From an uncultured Gemmatimonadota bacterium (lineage in GTDB: Bacteria; SM23-81; DAOVCL01): DNA of 64,000 nucleotides. A program made the translations under genes and the position numbers. How positions within the stretch are numbered: position 1 is the stretch's first letter; every line of letters begins with the position of its first letter. The stretch spans positions 22,551 through 86,550 of the forward strand of contig CAZVGK010000011.1 of the NCBI GenBank assembly GCA_964626665.1, in the 5' to 3' direction. Under the pieces are notes generated by a model, which was not told where the DNA came from, did not search any database, and worked only from the letters and a program-made list of their open reading frames with translations. Below, piece after piece: positions 47,601 through 57,288 of this stretch.

Positions 47601-50600
47601 AGCGAGGGCGTGATATGAATCTAATCCGGAAAGGCCCACAGATTCGCTCACATCCACAAAGCCTTTGCCCTCTTCGTTTCTCAAGAGACAAGGATGGCCG
47701 GAGTTCTGCAACGCCAAGATGTCAAGATAGCCATCGTTGTTGTAGTCCAAGAAAATGGCCGAGCAAAAGTCACCTGAAGGAAGGGCCAACTCCTTTGAAA
47801 CATCATTAAATCTCCGCCCCCCCTGGTTTTCATATAGCTTGAGAGAATTGCTGGTAACGAGCAGAATATCAGGATAGCCATTCCGGTTGTAGTCGCCAAA
47901 GCAGACATATCGGTTTGGGCCCTTCCCTGAATCTGGAAGGGTAGTAATGATGTTAGAGAAGGGGGAGATGCTTACCTTTCTTGCCTTCTGATTGTTGCTG
48001 GTATCTTCATCTGAAGGAAAATCAACATTAAAATTGAAGTTGTAACTTCCAAAGGATGAAGGAACCCAGGAAGGTAGGGTTATTCTCGCCGTATCCAGGC
48101 TGGGGATTGGACTACCTGGGGTAGACTTAGAATAGATGGCAACTCCGCCAGTATCTATCTGGCAACTGACCACATAACCTGTGGCCTCAGATTTCCCTAT
48201 ATTCCTGACTATTACCTGCGGATGAATTGTATCCCCTATGTTGAGCCTGAAATGCGGGGAGATGATGGATTGAAGGGACAAATCCTTCCCACAAAGAGGC
48301 TCTTGCACCTCTACAGTTTGATCTACCCCTATTCCGGTCAGAAATGACCGCCTTCCACTGGGCCATCTAACCACTAAGCTATCTACTATCTCCCTGTCCC
48401 CTAAACCAAAAACCGGTGGTTGAGAAGGGAAAAGGGTGGTGGAGGGATAGATCATCCTGCTTTGAATGAGATCTCCCGTAGCCACCTTAACCCTGGCCCC
48501 TACCCCATTCATATTGCTTCTTAAGCCTTTCAACTTGACCTTAAGCCAATGTGATTCTCCCGCCAAATTGTGGAGTAGGTAGCTCCGTGATTGATAATAA
48601 CTCCCTCCGTAAACAAGGAGATCAACCCAACCATCAAGATTATAGTCAACCGGGGACATACCCCCTATTCCGCTTAAGGACAAGCCCCCGGCAAAATAAG
48701 GGACCTCCTCAAAACTTCCCCTTTCCCCAATACGGTAAAGGGCAAGGTTATAAGGGTCAACAACTAAAAGCTCCAGGCAACCGTCATTGTCATAATCCAG
48801 GAAAAGGACTTCTGCGCTCTCCTCAAATCCCTGATTTCCGGAGTCCATCCGGCTAAATGTTCCATCCCCATTGTTCTGGTAGAGGATGTCTTCCCGGTAA
48901 TTCCCTACATAAAGATCGAGGTCTCCGTCATGGTCATAATCATCAAAGCCAGCAGCCAAGCTTACACCCGCATTATACCCTACCCCAGCGGTAGAGGTAA
49001 CATCTTCAAAGTTGCCATCACCCTTATTGCGCAAAAGCAAGTTTTTCCCATGGTTGGGGAAATAGAGGTCTATGTCACCATCGTTGTCGTAATCTCCCAC
49101 GGCGATGCCACAACCCTTGCCGGTATCCCCCAATCCAGATGGGGTTTTATGGGTAAAACTCCCATCACCGTTGTTGTGGAAATAGATCAACTGCCTTATT
49201 CCCAGGGCATAGTTTTCCAGGAGTATGTCCAAATAACCATCGTTATCCAGGTCCAAAAAGGCGGCCCCAAAACCCTTCCCATTATCATCTACCCCAGCCC
49301 CCTGGGTTACATCGAGAAACTGCCCTGAGCCCTGATTTTGATAGAGGTAGTTCCGTCCATCACTCACCAGGTAAAGGTCAAGGTCACCGTCGTTGTCATA
49401 ATCCCCCCAGGTAGCTCCCTTAAGTTCATAAGGAGGGATAATTCCAGAAGAAGAGGTAACATCGGTGAAGTGGAAGCCTTCATTTTCTAAAAGCCTCACA
49501 GATGACCCAACCAGAAGTAGCAGGTCAGGATCACCATCCCCATCGTAGTCCCCCCAAATTCCTCCCCGGCTGGAGTTGGAACCTATACCTATCTGGTCTG
49601 TTATATCCACAAATTGGGGAACTTCCACCGGTATGGAAGCCAGGTTATTATCCTCACTTATCTCCGGGATGGAATTCTGGGGGTCAATCTGAACAAAAAG
49701 CTGATGTCTACCAGAGAGGTTACCCGCCCAGAGGATGGAGACCTCGGCTTCTCCCAAAGGGTCAATATCTTCAATTCTTCCCTCCCCTATCTTATCCCCT
49801 CCTGGGGGCCCATCCCAGAAGGTCACCTTAACATTCTCCGCCCTCCCTCGGCCAAGGTTGTGCACCTGGGCCACAGCGGTTCGGGAATTGTAGCTCCAAG
49901 GGAACCAGAAAACGGAGACATCCTCCGGGGAAATAGCTAAGTCCGGTCTCCCCAAGCGAGGATGGTTATCAAAGGAGAGGGCCGGATCCCCCAAGAGGTT
50001 AAAGTTATATATATCCCATTGGTCCTGCAGTTTCCCCCAGAGGATTATCTGTCCCAGGTTATAAATCTTATAGCCCAAGAGAGCTTGCAGCATCCCCTTG
50101 TTCTGATTTATACACCCAATGGCCGTGGCAAGCCTGGAAGACCCATAGAAGGCCACTGCTCCCTTATCCTTGGCCCGCACAAATACCTCTCCTAAACAGT
50201 CTATACCTATGCTGTCAAACCAGGCCGTCTCACAGGAGTAGCTGAGCACCACAGGATAGTAGGGGGAGTTCTGCAAATTGGTCACCTCATAGTTGTAGAA
50301 CATATGCCAACCTTGACCGTCCCCCCAAAGGTCAGGTGCCCCATGGGTGTAGACATTGACTATCCCTCGGCCCTGATTAAGACCTGCCAGGAACTTGTTC
50401 TTCACCTCCCAAACCGCAGGGTTGGAGTAATCCGAGCGATAGAGAGTATCGGAGATGAAAAACTGACCTTGTTTGGAGGCCAAATCCTTGATGTAGCCAA
50501 AATCGTCTTCTAAATACCCATCAACCTGGTTTAAGACAAACCCACTGTAAAGGAGGATCTTCCTCTTCCACTCTGCGGTATCCCAGGAAGACCTCTCAAA

Positions 50601-51794
50601 GCTGAGGGTCTTCTCCACCTCCGCCTGCAGGTCAGCCTCCGAACCTACGGAGAACCTTCCGATGAGGATGTCCGGCGTATCATCCCGATCGTCCACAACT
50701 CCATCTCCATTGTCATCATTCAAGCAGGCATACCAGTGGTCGGTGGCTATCTCCCAGTTGTATTTTCCCCATATGTAATGAGTGGGCAGATATAGAGGAT
50801 CACCCTCTGCGGCATCGCCTACCAGAAGGAGGTAGCCAAGATGCCCATCGCCCATTGATGGGGCAAACCAGTTCTCATAAACAAAGGTGAGAAAATCCTT
50901 GATGGATTGATCCTGCTCAAATGAAGGAAATTGCGCATAGACATCGGAGAGCTTGACAATAGCCACCTGAAAGCCGTTGTTCTCCACCCTCCACTCGGCC
51001 AAGGAGTCCAGCCATTGACTCCCATAGACCGTATCCGGGGAGATGATCAGGTAATCTGCCTGATTTTCAGGTGACCTTAAATCCTGCGGACGGCTAACCC
51101 CAACCCTTCTGGAGGTGGGCATATCCTCTATTCTCTGCGGATAATTGAACAGAAGTCCATCCCCTAACTTCTCCAGCGGACCGAGATTAACTGGGGAGAG
51201 ACTGGAGGCCCCCTTAACCTTCAACCTTAGGGAAGTATAAACCCTGATGGTTCTCTTCTGCGGGTTAAACTGAATGGGATTAATGGAAAGCCAGGCTATC
51301 CTCTGCCCTCTCAGCCAGCCGGTCCTCTCTATGCGGGCAATCTGGGAGGGGAAGTAGTCATCCTGGGAGTAGAGGGTTTCGTCCTTGGTGAATTCATAGT
51401 CCACCCATCTTGTGCCATCCGGAGATCTCTTGATCACCGGCCGAGGGGCAGGGTAGATGTTGTAACCTTCCAAAAGGGAAGACTCTTCACTTACCACCTC
51501 TACTTTTGGGACCTCCCCAGGAGGGATAGCCAAAATCCGGGTTATCCGCGGAAGCTGAGGTTTCCCCGGATCCCTCAGCAACCCCTCCCCAGGAAGCCAT
51601 AGGAGCTGGTATCTATTTTTACCTTCCCTTTTCTCCTTTACCTCCATTCCAGAAATGGCGAACTCTACCACTTCTCCACCCTTAAACTCTACCTGCGGAG
51701 GGGATTTCCCCTTCCCCTCAAATGATAGCCAATTTGTTCCCTGGGCAGAAGCAGTCAGGACAAAGAAAAGGGATGTTACTTTTAACCACCTCAT
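44670..51794 (-). CDS. Large secreted C25 (gingipain) peptidase with CARDB, three FG-GAP/ASPIC-UnbV modules and a FlgD/T9SS-type C-terminal domain
   Basis: Propeptide region GKPQLP; C25 motifs LLVGD, IGRF, THG, SCET and LLGDP; many DYDNDGDxD repeats; three FGLG...V.WPS domains; QNYPNPFN...KMVLLK tail. Confidence 0.9.
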   Translation of the reverse strand: MRWLKVTSLFFVLTASAQGTNWLSFEGKGKSPPQVEFKGGEVVEFAISGMEVKEKREGKNRYQLLWLPGEGLLRDPGKPQLPRITRILAIPPGEVPKVEVVSEESSLLEGYNIYPAPRPVIKRSPDGTRWVDYEFTKDETLYSQDDYFPSQIARIERTGWLRGQRIAWLSINPIQFNPQKRTIRVYTSLRLKVKGASSLSPVNLGPLEKLGDGLLFNYPQRIEDMPTSRRVGVSRPQDLRSPENQADYLIISPDTVYGSQWLDSLAEWRVENNGFQVAIVKLSDVYAQFPSFEQDQSIKDFLTFVYENWFAPSMGDGHLGYLLLVGDAAEGDPLYLPTHYIWGKYNWEIATDHWYACLNDDNGDGVVDDRDDTPDILIGRFSVGSEADLQAEVEKTLSFERSSWDTAEWKRKILLYSGFVLNQVDGYLEDDFGYIKDLASKQGQFFISDTLYRSDYSNPAVWEVKNKFLAGLNQGRGIVNVYTHGAPDLWGDGQGWHMFYNYEVTNLQNSPYYPVVLSYSCETAWFDSIGIDCLGEVFVRAKDKGAVAFYGSSRLATAIGCINQNKGMLQALLGYKIYNLGQIILWGKLQDQWDIYNFNLLGDPALSFDNHPRLGRPDLAISPEDVSVFWFPWSYNSRTAVAQVHNLGRGRAENVKVTFWDGPPGGDKIGEGRIEDIDPLGEAEVSILWAGNLSGRHQLFVQIDPQNSIPEISEDNNLASIPVEVPQFVDITDQIGIGSNSSRGGIWGDYDGDGDPDLLLLVGSSVRLLENEGFHFTDVTSSSGIIPPYELKGATWGDYDNDGDLDLYLVSDGRNYLYQNQGSGQFLDVTQGAGVDDNGKGFGAAFLDLDNDGYLDILLENYALGIRQLIYFHNNGDGSFTHKTPSGLGDTGKGCGIAVGDYDNDGDIDLYFPNHGKNLLLRNKGDGNFEDVTSTAGVGYNAGVSLAAGFDDYDHDGDLDLYVGNYREDILYQNNGDGTFSRMDSGNQGFEESAEVLFLDYDNDGCLELLVVDPYNLALYRIGERGSFEEVPYFAGGLSLSGIGGMSPVDYNLDGWVDLLVYGGSYYQSRSYLLHNLAGESHWLKVKLKGLRSNMNGVGARVKVATGDLIQSRMIYPSTTLFPSQPPVFGLGDREIVDSLVVRWPSGRRSFLTGIGVDQTVEVQEPLCGKDLSLQSIISPHFRLNIGDTIHPQVIVRNIGKSEATGYVVSCQIDTGGVAIYSKSTPGSPIPSLDTARITLPSWVPSSFGSYNFNFNVDFPSDEDTSNNQKARKVSISPFSNIITTLPDSGKGPNRYVCFGDYNRNGYPDILLVTSNSLKLYENQGGRRFNDVSKELALPSGDFCSAIFLDYNNDGYLDILALQNSGHPCLLRNEEGKGFVDVSESVGLSGLDSYHALAIGDYDQDGWLDIFLSNASWSYDQSRSVLLRNIGGKFSDYTFPAGLSTISTLGFYAAAFFDYDTDGDLDLFLTGHYSVSFLYENNGDGTFTDVAGSVGLRYTYGEDVTIGDYDNDGDLDVYLVKGNHEPNQLYQNDGSGNFSEVASSAGVDYLGMGGKAFWADYDDDGDLDLFLINKSGLNVLYQNQGNGTFQDRAWEAGIDYPGSGEAFAFSDIDQNGYMDFYIAVEDGEGAFFRNDLSGNHWLEVKLSGILSNSLGVGGKVELFSGEGRQVRWLTAVKGDYSLHFGLGNEGIVDSLRVTWPSRKRQVLPEVSVDQVLEITEPLLAHDLRVEAILSPSREFNLREPFVPRIKIKNIGQNREEGFQVSYTLVEEEKELFSEEKGISSLESMDTTTVSFSPWTPKDFAKYTLSFEVILPSDLDQSDNLATLGTALPIFSPLPFSGLSGLGARSVTLGDYNRDGRPDLYLSSGSLLRNEGDGTFPGVTQIAGVGENGSTVLLDVLFFDYDNDGDEDLLGLDHRPPYVLYENKGDDTFAKIQVEGIISGSNSLTVADYDNDGYLDLFVLTFDNQGILLRNLGDGRFEDRTEEPGLGGLSRSYAALFFDYDLDGDEDLFILNGSSWPNQLYLNNGDGTFEDVAEEAGVQRGDGVITVGDYDNNGFPDIFIAGSNILYHNEGNGEFGEVRSDSLGLNGIQGVSSSSFGDYDNDGWLDLYLVRRYEGPSVLFHNQGDGTFSPLNDLSGLGKRNDEIGSVFFDYDGDGDQDLYLTSYGGDESCLYQNNLKGNNWLNLKLVGKESNQDGIGTLVRVVAGGLVQVKESSFGFRFHTLPWLHFGLGKRLKADTILVRWPSGVADTLVDIKANQTLIIEEGKATERYGLPKTFTLFQNYPNPFNSVTVIRYGIPYGEVAKVKLTIYDILGRKVKKFFAGEKKGGFHQFRWDGRNNGGEKVGSGIYFYRLEAKWQGLKTVKTKKMVLLK

Positions 51795-52507
51795 CCGTCC
51801 AACACTTCCTTTACCCTCTGATAGAGCAATTGAGTAAAACTTTCCAAACTATCCTCTCCCCCATTTTCAAGATGGTCGCTGAGGTAAAAAGGGTTACCAA
51901 CTCTAAGCGTCAACCTACGGCCAAAATTGAAATACCGATGGGTCCCCAAAACGGCCACCGGAAGCATCGGCACCCTTATCCCCTCACTCCGGAGGTCAAA
52001 GATCACCTTCGCTGCCCCCCTCTTGAACCTCCGCAACTCCCCCACCTTCCCCGTTCCTCCCTCCGGAAAGATACAAACCACCTGTCCCCTTCTTAATCTC
52101 TCCTTGATGTGTTCAAAGACCCGGCGATCATTCGATTGCCTCTTCACCGGGATGGCCTCCATCTCCCTCACCCGGGGAACCATTGTCTTTGCCACCCAAT
52201 GGCTGAGAGGTTTCATCAACGGGGCTATCCATCCCCCAAGTTTATTCACCCCGTACTGATAGACCATCTGAGCACACTCCTGAAGGTGGAAGAGCTCGTA
52301 GGTGGCTACAAAGTGCACCTGTCGGGGAATCTTGGCGGAGATAAAGAAGACATCCTTCCAATTGAGGTGATTAGGGGTAAGAAGGGCAGGACCATCGACG
52401 GGGAGATGCTCAATCCCCTCAGCAGCCACCCTCTGAGTGCGCAGGATTCCCCTATTCCTTCTCTGCCAAAGCCTATAGGTTCTGGTTTCGTCCCTCCACT
52501 CCTCCAT
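51791..52507 (-). CDS. Lysophospholipid acyltransferase (PlsC family)
   Basis: NHLNWKD and IFPEGG motifs. Confidence 0.85.
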   Translation of the reverse strand: MEEWRDETRTYRLWQRRNRGILRTQRVAAEGIEHLPVDGPALLTPNHLNWKDVFFISAKIPRQVHFVATYELFHLQECAQMVYQYGVNKLGGWIAPLMKPLSHWVAKTMVPRVREMEAIPVKRQSNDRRVFEHIKERLRRGQVVCIFPEGGTGKVGELRRFKRGAAKVIFDLRSEGIRVPMLPVAVLGTHRYFNFGRRLTLRVGNPFYLSDHLENGGEDSLESFTQLLYQRVKEVLDG

Positions 52508-52509
52508 AG

Positions 52510-53676
52510 CTATCTCAGGGCAGAATCCAAATCCCCGATGAGGTCGTCCGCATCCTCTATGCCCACCGATAGGCGCAGAAGACCTGGCTTTATCCCCAGC
52601 TCTGCCTTCTCCTCCGCAGAGAGGTGATGGTGAGAGGTGTTTGTGGGCATAGAGATCAAGGACTCCACGCCCCCTAAACTTGTCGCTTCCTTGATTACCT
52701 GCAATTTCGACATCAGCTTCCGGGCGGCCTCATTCCCCCCCTTAACCTGAAAGCTAACCATACCCCCATAACCGGAAAGAAGCCTATTGGCCAGTTCCCT
52801 CTGCGAATAAGAGCTAAGGCCTGGATAGATGACCCTCTCCACGGCTGGATGGCCCTGCAAAAACTCCGCCACCCGTAGGCCATTCTCGTTCTGTCTCTCT
52901 ACCCTCAAAGCCAGGGTCTTCATCCCCCTCTCCAACAGGAAGCAAGCATGGGAGTCTAAACATCCTCCCAACCTGACCATCTCTTCCCAAACCTTATTTA
53001 GGGCCTCCCTCCTTCCCACCACAGCACCGGCAATCAGATCGCTGTGCCCATTGAGGTATTTGGTGCAACTGTGCACTACTATATCTGCCCCCCAATCCAA
53101 AGGCCTCAAGTTTATTGGGGTGGTAAAGGTATTGTCTATTACCAGATTTATCCTTTTCTCCTTAGCCCATAAACCGATTTCAGGTAGGGAAACCAGTTTA
53201 AGGAGCGGGTTGGAGAGGGATTCAAAGAAGATAACCTTTGTGTTTGGCCTAACGGCCTCCTTTACCTTCCGGGAATCCCTCTGGTCGGTAAAACTTACCT
53301 CTATCCCCCTTTGAGGCAATTCCCTGGTAATGAAGCCATAGGTTCCCCCATATAGGTCTTTGGTGGTGAGGAGATGGTCACCCCTCTGCAGCAGGGCCAA
53401 GAGAAGGCTGGATATGGCCGCCATCCCCGAAGAGAAAACCAGGCCATCCTCCGCCCCCTCCAATTCGGCCAACTTTTTGGCCACGGCGAGCTGGTTCTGA
53501 TTCCCCCAACGGGTATAAACCCACTCATCCCTGGGCCTTCCCTCCTCTATCGCCTGATAGGCCTGAGGTGAAAGGACATAGGTTGAGGTCTGAAACACGG
53601 GGGTAGTCAGTGAGCCCTGATAGTTTTCCCCCCCAGAATGAACCGAAATTGTGGATAAACCCCATTCATTACCCAT
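52510..53676 (-). CDS. Cys/Met metabolism PLP-dependent enzyme (cystathionine gamma-synthase / methionine gamma-lyase family)
   Basis: FSSGMAA, YGGT, DNTF, HSCTKYLNGHSD and SLGGVES. Confidence 0.9.
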   Translation of the reverse strand: MGNEWGLSTISVHSGGENYQGSLTTPVFQTSTYVLSPQAYQAIEEGRPRDEWVYTRWGNQNQLAVAKKLAELEGAEDGLVFSSGMAAISSLLLALLQRGDHLLTTKDLYGGTYGFITRELPQRGIEVSFTDQRDSRKVKEAVRPNTKVIFFESLSNPLLKLVSLPEIGLWAKEKRINLVIDNTFTTPINLRPLDWGADIVVHSCTKYLNGHSDLIAGAVVGRREALNKVWEEMVRLGGCLDSHACFLLERGMKTLALRVERQNENGLRVAEFLQGHPAVERVIYPGLSSYSQRELANRLLSGYGGMVSFQVKGGNEAARKLMSKLQVIKEATSLGGVESLISMPTNTSHHHLSAEEKAELGIKPGLLRLSVGIEDADDLIGDLDSALR

Positions 53677-54169
53677 ATATCTCTCCTGAGAGCTTGTAAC
53701 CTATCTTCCGCAAAAACCCTCGCCGCGCTTTCACATCCTCCGCGGTCTCCACCCCCTTCGACCCAAAGCCATCGATCACCCCTAAGACCCCCCTCCCCTG
53801 CTCTGTCTGGGCCACGACCACCTCCACCGGGTTGGCCGTAGCACAGAAGATGGAACAGACCTCCCGGCAAGCTTTGATACCGTTTAAGACATTCACCGGA
53901 AAGCCATCCTTCAGGATGATAACGAATGTATGGCCGGCGCCAAGGGCCTGCACATTTTTGATGGCGGCTTGTTTCAGCCCCTCATCGTTCCCCTCATACC
54001 TTATTAAGCAGGGGCCGGAAGCCTCTGAGAAAGCCAGGCCGAATTTAAGCTGGGGAGAGGCATTTACCATCACCTCATAAAGGTCCTCAGCGGTCTTGAT
54101 GAAATGAGTCTGGCCGATGATGATGTTCGTCCCCTCAGGATATTCCATCCTTACAGCCTCTAACTCCAT
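53669..54169 (-). CDS. Adenosine-specific kinase (DUF355)
   Basis: GQTHFIKT, EASG, CATANP and GRGVLGVIDG. Confidence 0.9.
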   Translation of the reverse strand: MELEAVRMEYPEGTNIIIGQTHFIKTAEDLYEVMVNASPQLKFGLAFSEASGPCLIRYEGNDEGLKQAAIKNVQALGAGHTFVIILKDGFPVNVLNGIKACREVCSIFCATANPVEVVVAQTEQGRGVLGVIDGFGSKGVETAEDVKARRGFLRKIGYKLSGEIYG

Positions 54170-54443
54170 ACCTCCTCCTTTGAGCTTAACGCTCTTCAGG
54201 CAATGTTATGGGACGCAGATGAACGCAGATAAGCAGGATTTCTAAACATTCTCCTCCCCCTTGATGGGGAAGGACTAAGGAGAGGGTGAAAATTGTATCT
54301 CCCTCTCCAGGGTAGGGAACTAAACTACGCACTACACTAGCGAAGCTTCGAATGTAAAATGAAGAATTTAGAATTAAGAATGAAAAAACCTGAAGCCAAG
54401 GGGTCTGGATCTAAGCTCATTGTCCATGTCTTTCTTCATACCC

Positions 54444-54480
54444 CCAAAACTGGACACAAATTTTAAGATCTTGCCTTATG
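54444..54480 (+). repeat. 37-bp IS3-like end sequence; inverted copy at 60134-60170, partial copy at 19190-19211
   Basis: CCAAAACTGGACACAAATTTTAAGATCTTGCCTTATG matches the reverse complement of 60134-60170 with one mismatch. Confidence 0.7.
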
Positions 54481-54708
54481 AAGATGGCTAGTGGCCACAA
54501 GCTTCGGGTGGCAACAGAACCCGACTAAAGTCAGCGACCACCAGGGGGTTTGGATACCGAGACTTGGACTCCACTTCTATGGCTCTCTGACTATCAGCGA
54601 GAAAAATGGAAACACTTATCCTCTAAGTTCGTCTAACTGGACAGCAGGATTTTTGTCTATCCTGCTCATCCTGTCCAAACCTTCAGGTGCTCCGCTAAAC
54701 ATAGCTCC

Positions 54709-55436
54709 TCATAAGAGGAATTTCCTCTTCACATTCTTCAGGGATTTGAAGATGTTTTCCTTAATCTTCCCATCCTCCTGATCAAGCCTTCTGAGAAGCC
54801 CCTTTACAAAAGCCCTTTTGGACTTCTTAGCCCAGGGGCAGTTGTTCTCCACAATGGGAAAATCGCACTCTTGGGCAAAGTCCTTAAGCAGTCTCTCCTC
54901 TATATAGACCAGGGGCCTGATTATCCGGAAGAGCCCCTGGAAGACCTCCTGGTTGGGCACCATTGTGCTTAACTCCCTGGAGAAAAGGAGATTGAGGAGA
55001 AATGTCTCGATGATATCGTCTTTGTGATGGCCAACTACTATCTTATTACATCCCCTCTCCCAGGCGATTTCATAGAGGCGCTTCCGTCGTAGGCGGGGAC
55101 AGAGGAAACAGGGGCTTTTTCTATTGGCGGGAGATTGGGCAATTCTCCCAATCTGCGTGGACTCGATGTGGAATTGGTGGCCACTCCCTTGCAGATAATC
55201 CCGCAAAATCCTCTCCCTCGATTCTCCCCTCCCATCAAACCCCATATCTAAATGGACGGCCAAAATGGATATGGAGTAGGTAACATCTATCTGGGGACCG
55301 GAGAGAAGCTGTGCAGGAAGAATGAACCCGCTCCCCCGGAGATGGCCATAAGAACCCTATCCCCATCCTGGATCATCTCATAATCCAGGATGGCCCTCTC
55401 CATAAGCCTCCTCAAGTGGCGGTAGAGGACAGTCAT
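54709..55436 (-). pseudogene. ttcA: tRNA 2-thiocytidine biosynthesis TtcA-like gene, frameshifted near 55320
   Basis: The N-terminus from ATG 55436 (DYEMIQDGDRVLMAISGG) is out of frame with the SPCFLC..LRR, GHHKDD and IIRPL part. The PP-loop reads SGGAGS. Confidence 0.75.
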
Positions 55437-55444
55437 CCCTAAAA

Positions 55445-55687
55445 TTACGCTTCAAATTTCAATACATTGAGGGTGATAGTGTCGGTGATTCCTTTAATGG
55501 CCTGGATTCTGTCGAGAACTAATGTTCCAATGGCATTAAAATCAGCCCCTTGAATAGTGGCCACTAAGTCGTAAGGGCCAGAGACGGCGTCCAAGTTCTG
55601 AACACCCTCGAGCTGCGAAAGTTCATCATAAACCTCCCTGGCCTTCCCTGTCTCCACACTAATCAAAACATAGGCGGTAGCCATCAT
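55445..55687 (-). CDS. Lrp/AsnC ligand-binding domain protein
   Basis: AYVLI...VSGPYDLVA...I.GI..TIT. Confidence 0.85.
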   Translation of the reverse strand: MMATAYVLISVETGKAREVYDELSQLEGVQNLDAVSGPYDLVATIQGADFNAIGTLVLDRIQAIKGITDTITLNVLKFEA

Positions 55688-55933
55688 CTTTTCCCCTCCT
55701 TAGCTTAGGTTTTAAGGATTCACATTTTACATAGCACGGCAAGGCCGCAGCCAAAGAGGGCCACGGGGGAGGAAAACTATTCCGGGGATCGTAGCTCGTT
55801 ACCCGTGATTAACCTCCAGAAACCGAGTGGCAGAAGCCCTCCTCTGTCACCAGGAAATTTCAGATCAAGAGGTCTGCTTGCTCAGTTGTTTGGATGGAGG
55901 AAAGAGATTTATCCTCTGCGCTTACACTCCCCC

Positions 55934-56647
55934 CTAAACTGACCCCTGTTCATCCTGGCTAAAAATTGCGGCGATCACCCGGCGGTACTCCCTGAAATCA
56001 TCAAAGAGGTAGTCGGCCCCACACCCCTCCAATTCCTCCCTGCCGACAACGCCCGTAGCTACCGCAATGGAGCGGGCCCCTACCTCCCTTGCACACCCCA
56101 CATCCAGGGGGGTATCACCTATAACCACCATATCCCCTTCATTTAGATGACGATCGAACTTCCCCCTAACCCTCTGGAGGACTATCCATGGCAGGTGGTT
56201 CCTCTCCTCGGCATCGCTCCCGTAGGCCCCGACGGAAAAGTAATCCTGCAGGTTGAGAGCCGCAAGCTTTATCTCGGCCCCTGCCTCGATGTTGCCGGTA
56301 AGCAGGCCGAGGATAGCTCTCTCCTCCCTCTTCAGTGCCTTCAAAAGGGGCAAAACCCCAGGGAAAAGGGTGGGAGGAAGCCCCTTCCTTATCTCTTCCG
56401 GCAACCTCTGCAGGTAGAGTTCAAAGACCAGAGGCATCTTCTCCCGAATAAAACCCTCTCGAAAACCAGCCCTCCTCATCAAATCCAGGACTATCTGGGG
56501 GTCGGTGCGACCGGCAAAAGAATAACCATCCATCGGCCCTAACCTGCCGAAGACCTCCCTGAGGGCCCCCTTCAAGGCCCTCCCCCCTGCGCCCTGAGAG
56601 CTGAGGAGAGTTCCATCTATGTCAAAAAGGACAAGTCTTGGTCTCAC
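55934..56647 (-). CDS. HAD-family hydrolase (phosphoglycolate phosphatase-like)
   Basis: FDIDGTL, LTGN and IGDTPLD. Confidence 0.9.
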   Translation of the reverse strand: MRPRLVLFDIDGTLLSSQGAGGRALKGALREVFGRLGPMDGYSFAGRTDPQIVLDLMRRAGFREGFIREKMPLVFELYLQRLPEEIRKGLPPTLFPGVLPLLKALKREERAILGLLTGNIEAGAEIKLAALNLQDYFSVGAYGSDAEERNHLPWIVLQRVRGKFDRHLNEGDMVVIGDTPLDVGCAREVGARSIAVATGVVGREELEGCGADYLFDDFREYRRVIAAIFSQDEQGSV

Positions 56648-57049
56648 TTAACCCTCTATAACCTTGATCAGAATCCTCCTCCTGCGGGGACCGTCGAATT
56701 CACCGAAATAGATCCCCTGCCAGGTGCCTAAAAGAACCCTTCCTCCCTCCACTGGTATGCACTCGGAGGCTCCTATCAAGCTTGACTTTATATGAGCGGC
56801 GGCATTCCCTTCCAGGTGAGCGTAGCCATCATCAAATGGGATCACCTTGTTCAGCTCCTTGATGATGTCCCTCTTCACACTGGGGTCGGCATTCTCATTG
56901 ATGAAGACCCCGGCTGTAGTGTGGGGGACATAGAGACAGAGAAGCCCCTTTGTGACCCCACTCTCCCCCAATACCTCCTCTACCTGAGAGGTTATATCCA
57001 CCACCTCCACTCGGGAGGAGGTTCTCACTTCGATCTCCTTAAGCATCAA
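56648..57049 (-). CDS. yjbQ: UPF0047 / YjbQ family protein
   Basis: HTTAG..INENADP, AAHIK, LGTWQGI and EFDGPR. Confidence 0.9.
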   Translation of the reverse strand: MMLKEIEVRTSSRVEVVDITSQVEEVLGESGVTKGLLCLYVPHTTAGVFINENADPSVKRDIIKELNKVIPFDDGYAHLEGNAAAHIKSSLIGASECIPVEGGRVLLGTWQGIYFGEFDGPRRRRILIKVIEG

Positions 57050-57288
57050 TGCTCCTTTTGTCCTCGACCTTGGCCATTAAAGCCACGGATTACTCAGATT
57101 CCGCTGATAGAAGAAAAAGCTATCGTAAACCCTTGTCTCAATAATAATATCACTCCCCTCCCCTGTCAAGCCATTTTGCTCAGGGAAGCAAAGCGCTAGC
57201 ATAGACCCCCTTTCAATTGTAACATTTTAGCCATCTGAAGCGGAACTTTGGTAATCGGTAACCAGTGATCAGTGATCGGGTTTAACGC

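Noticed and set aside
45300-49560. Periodic GTCATAATC-type repeats as a CRISPR or DGR signal
   Set aside because: They are codons of the DYDNDG FG-GAP repeats. There are no identical spaced repeats, cas genes or reverse transcriptase.
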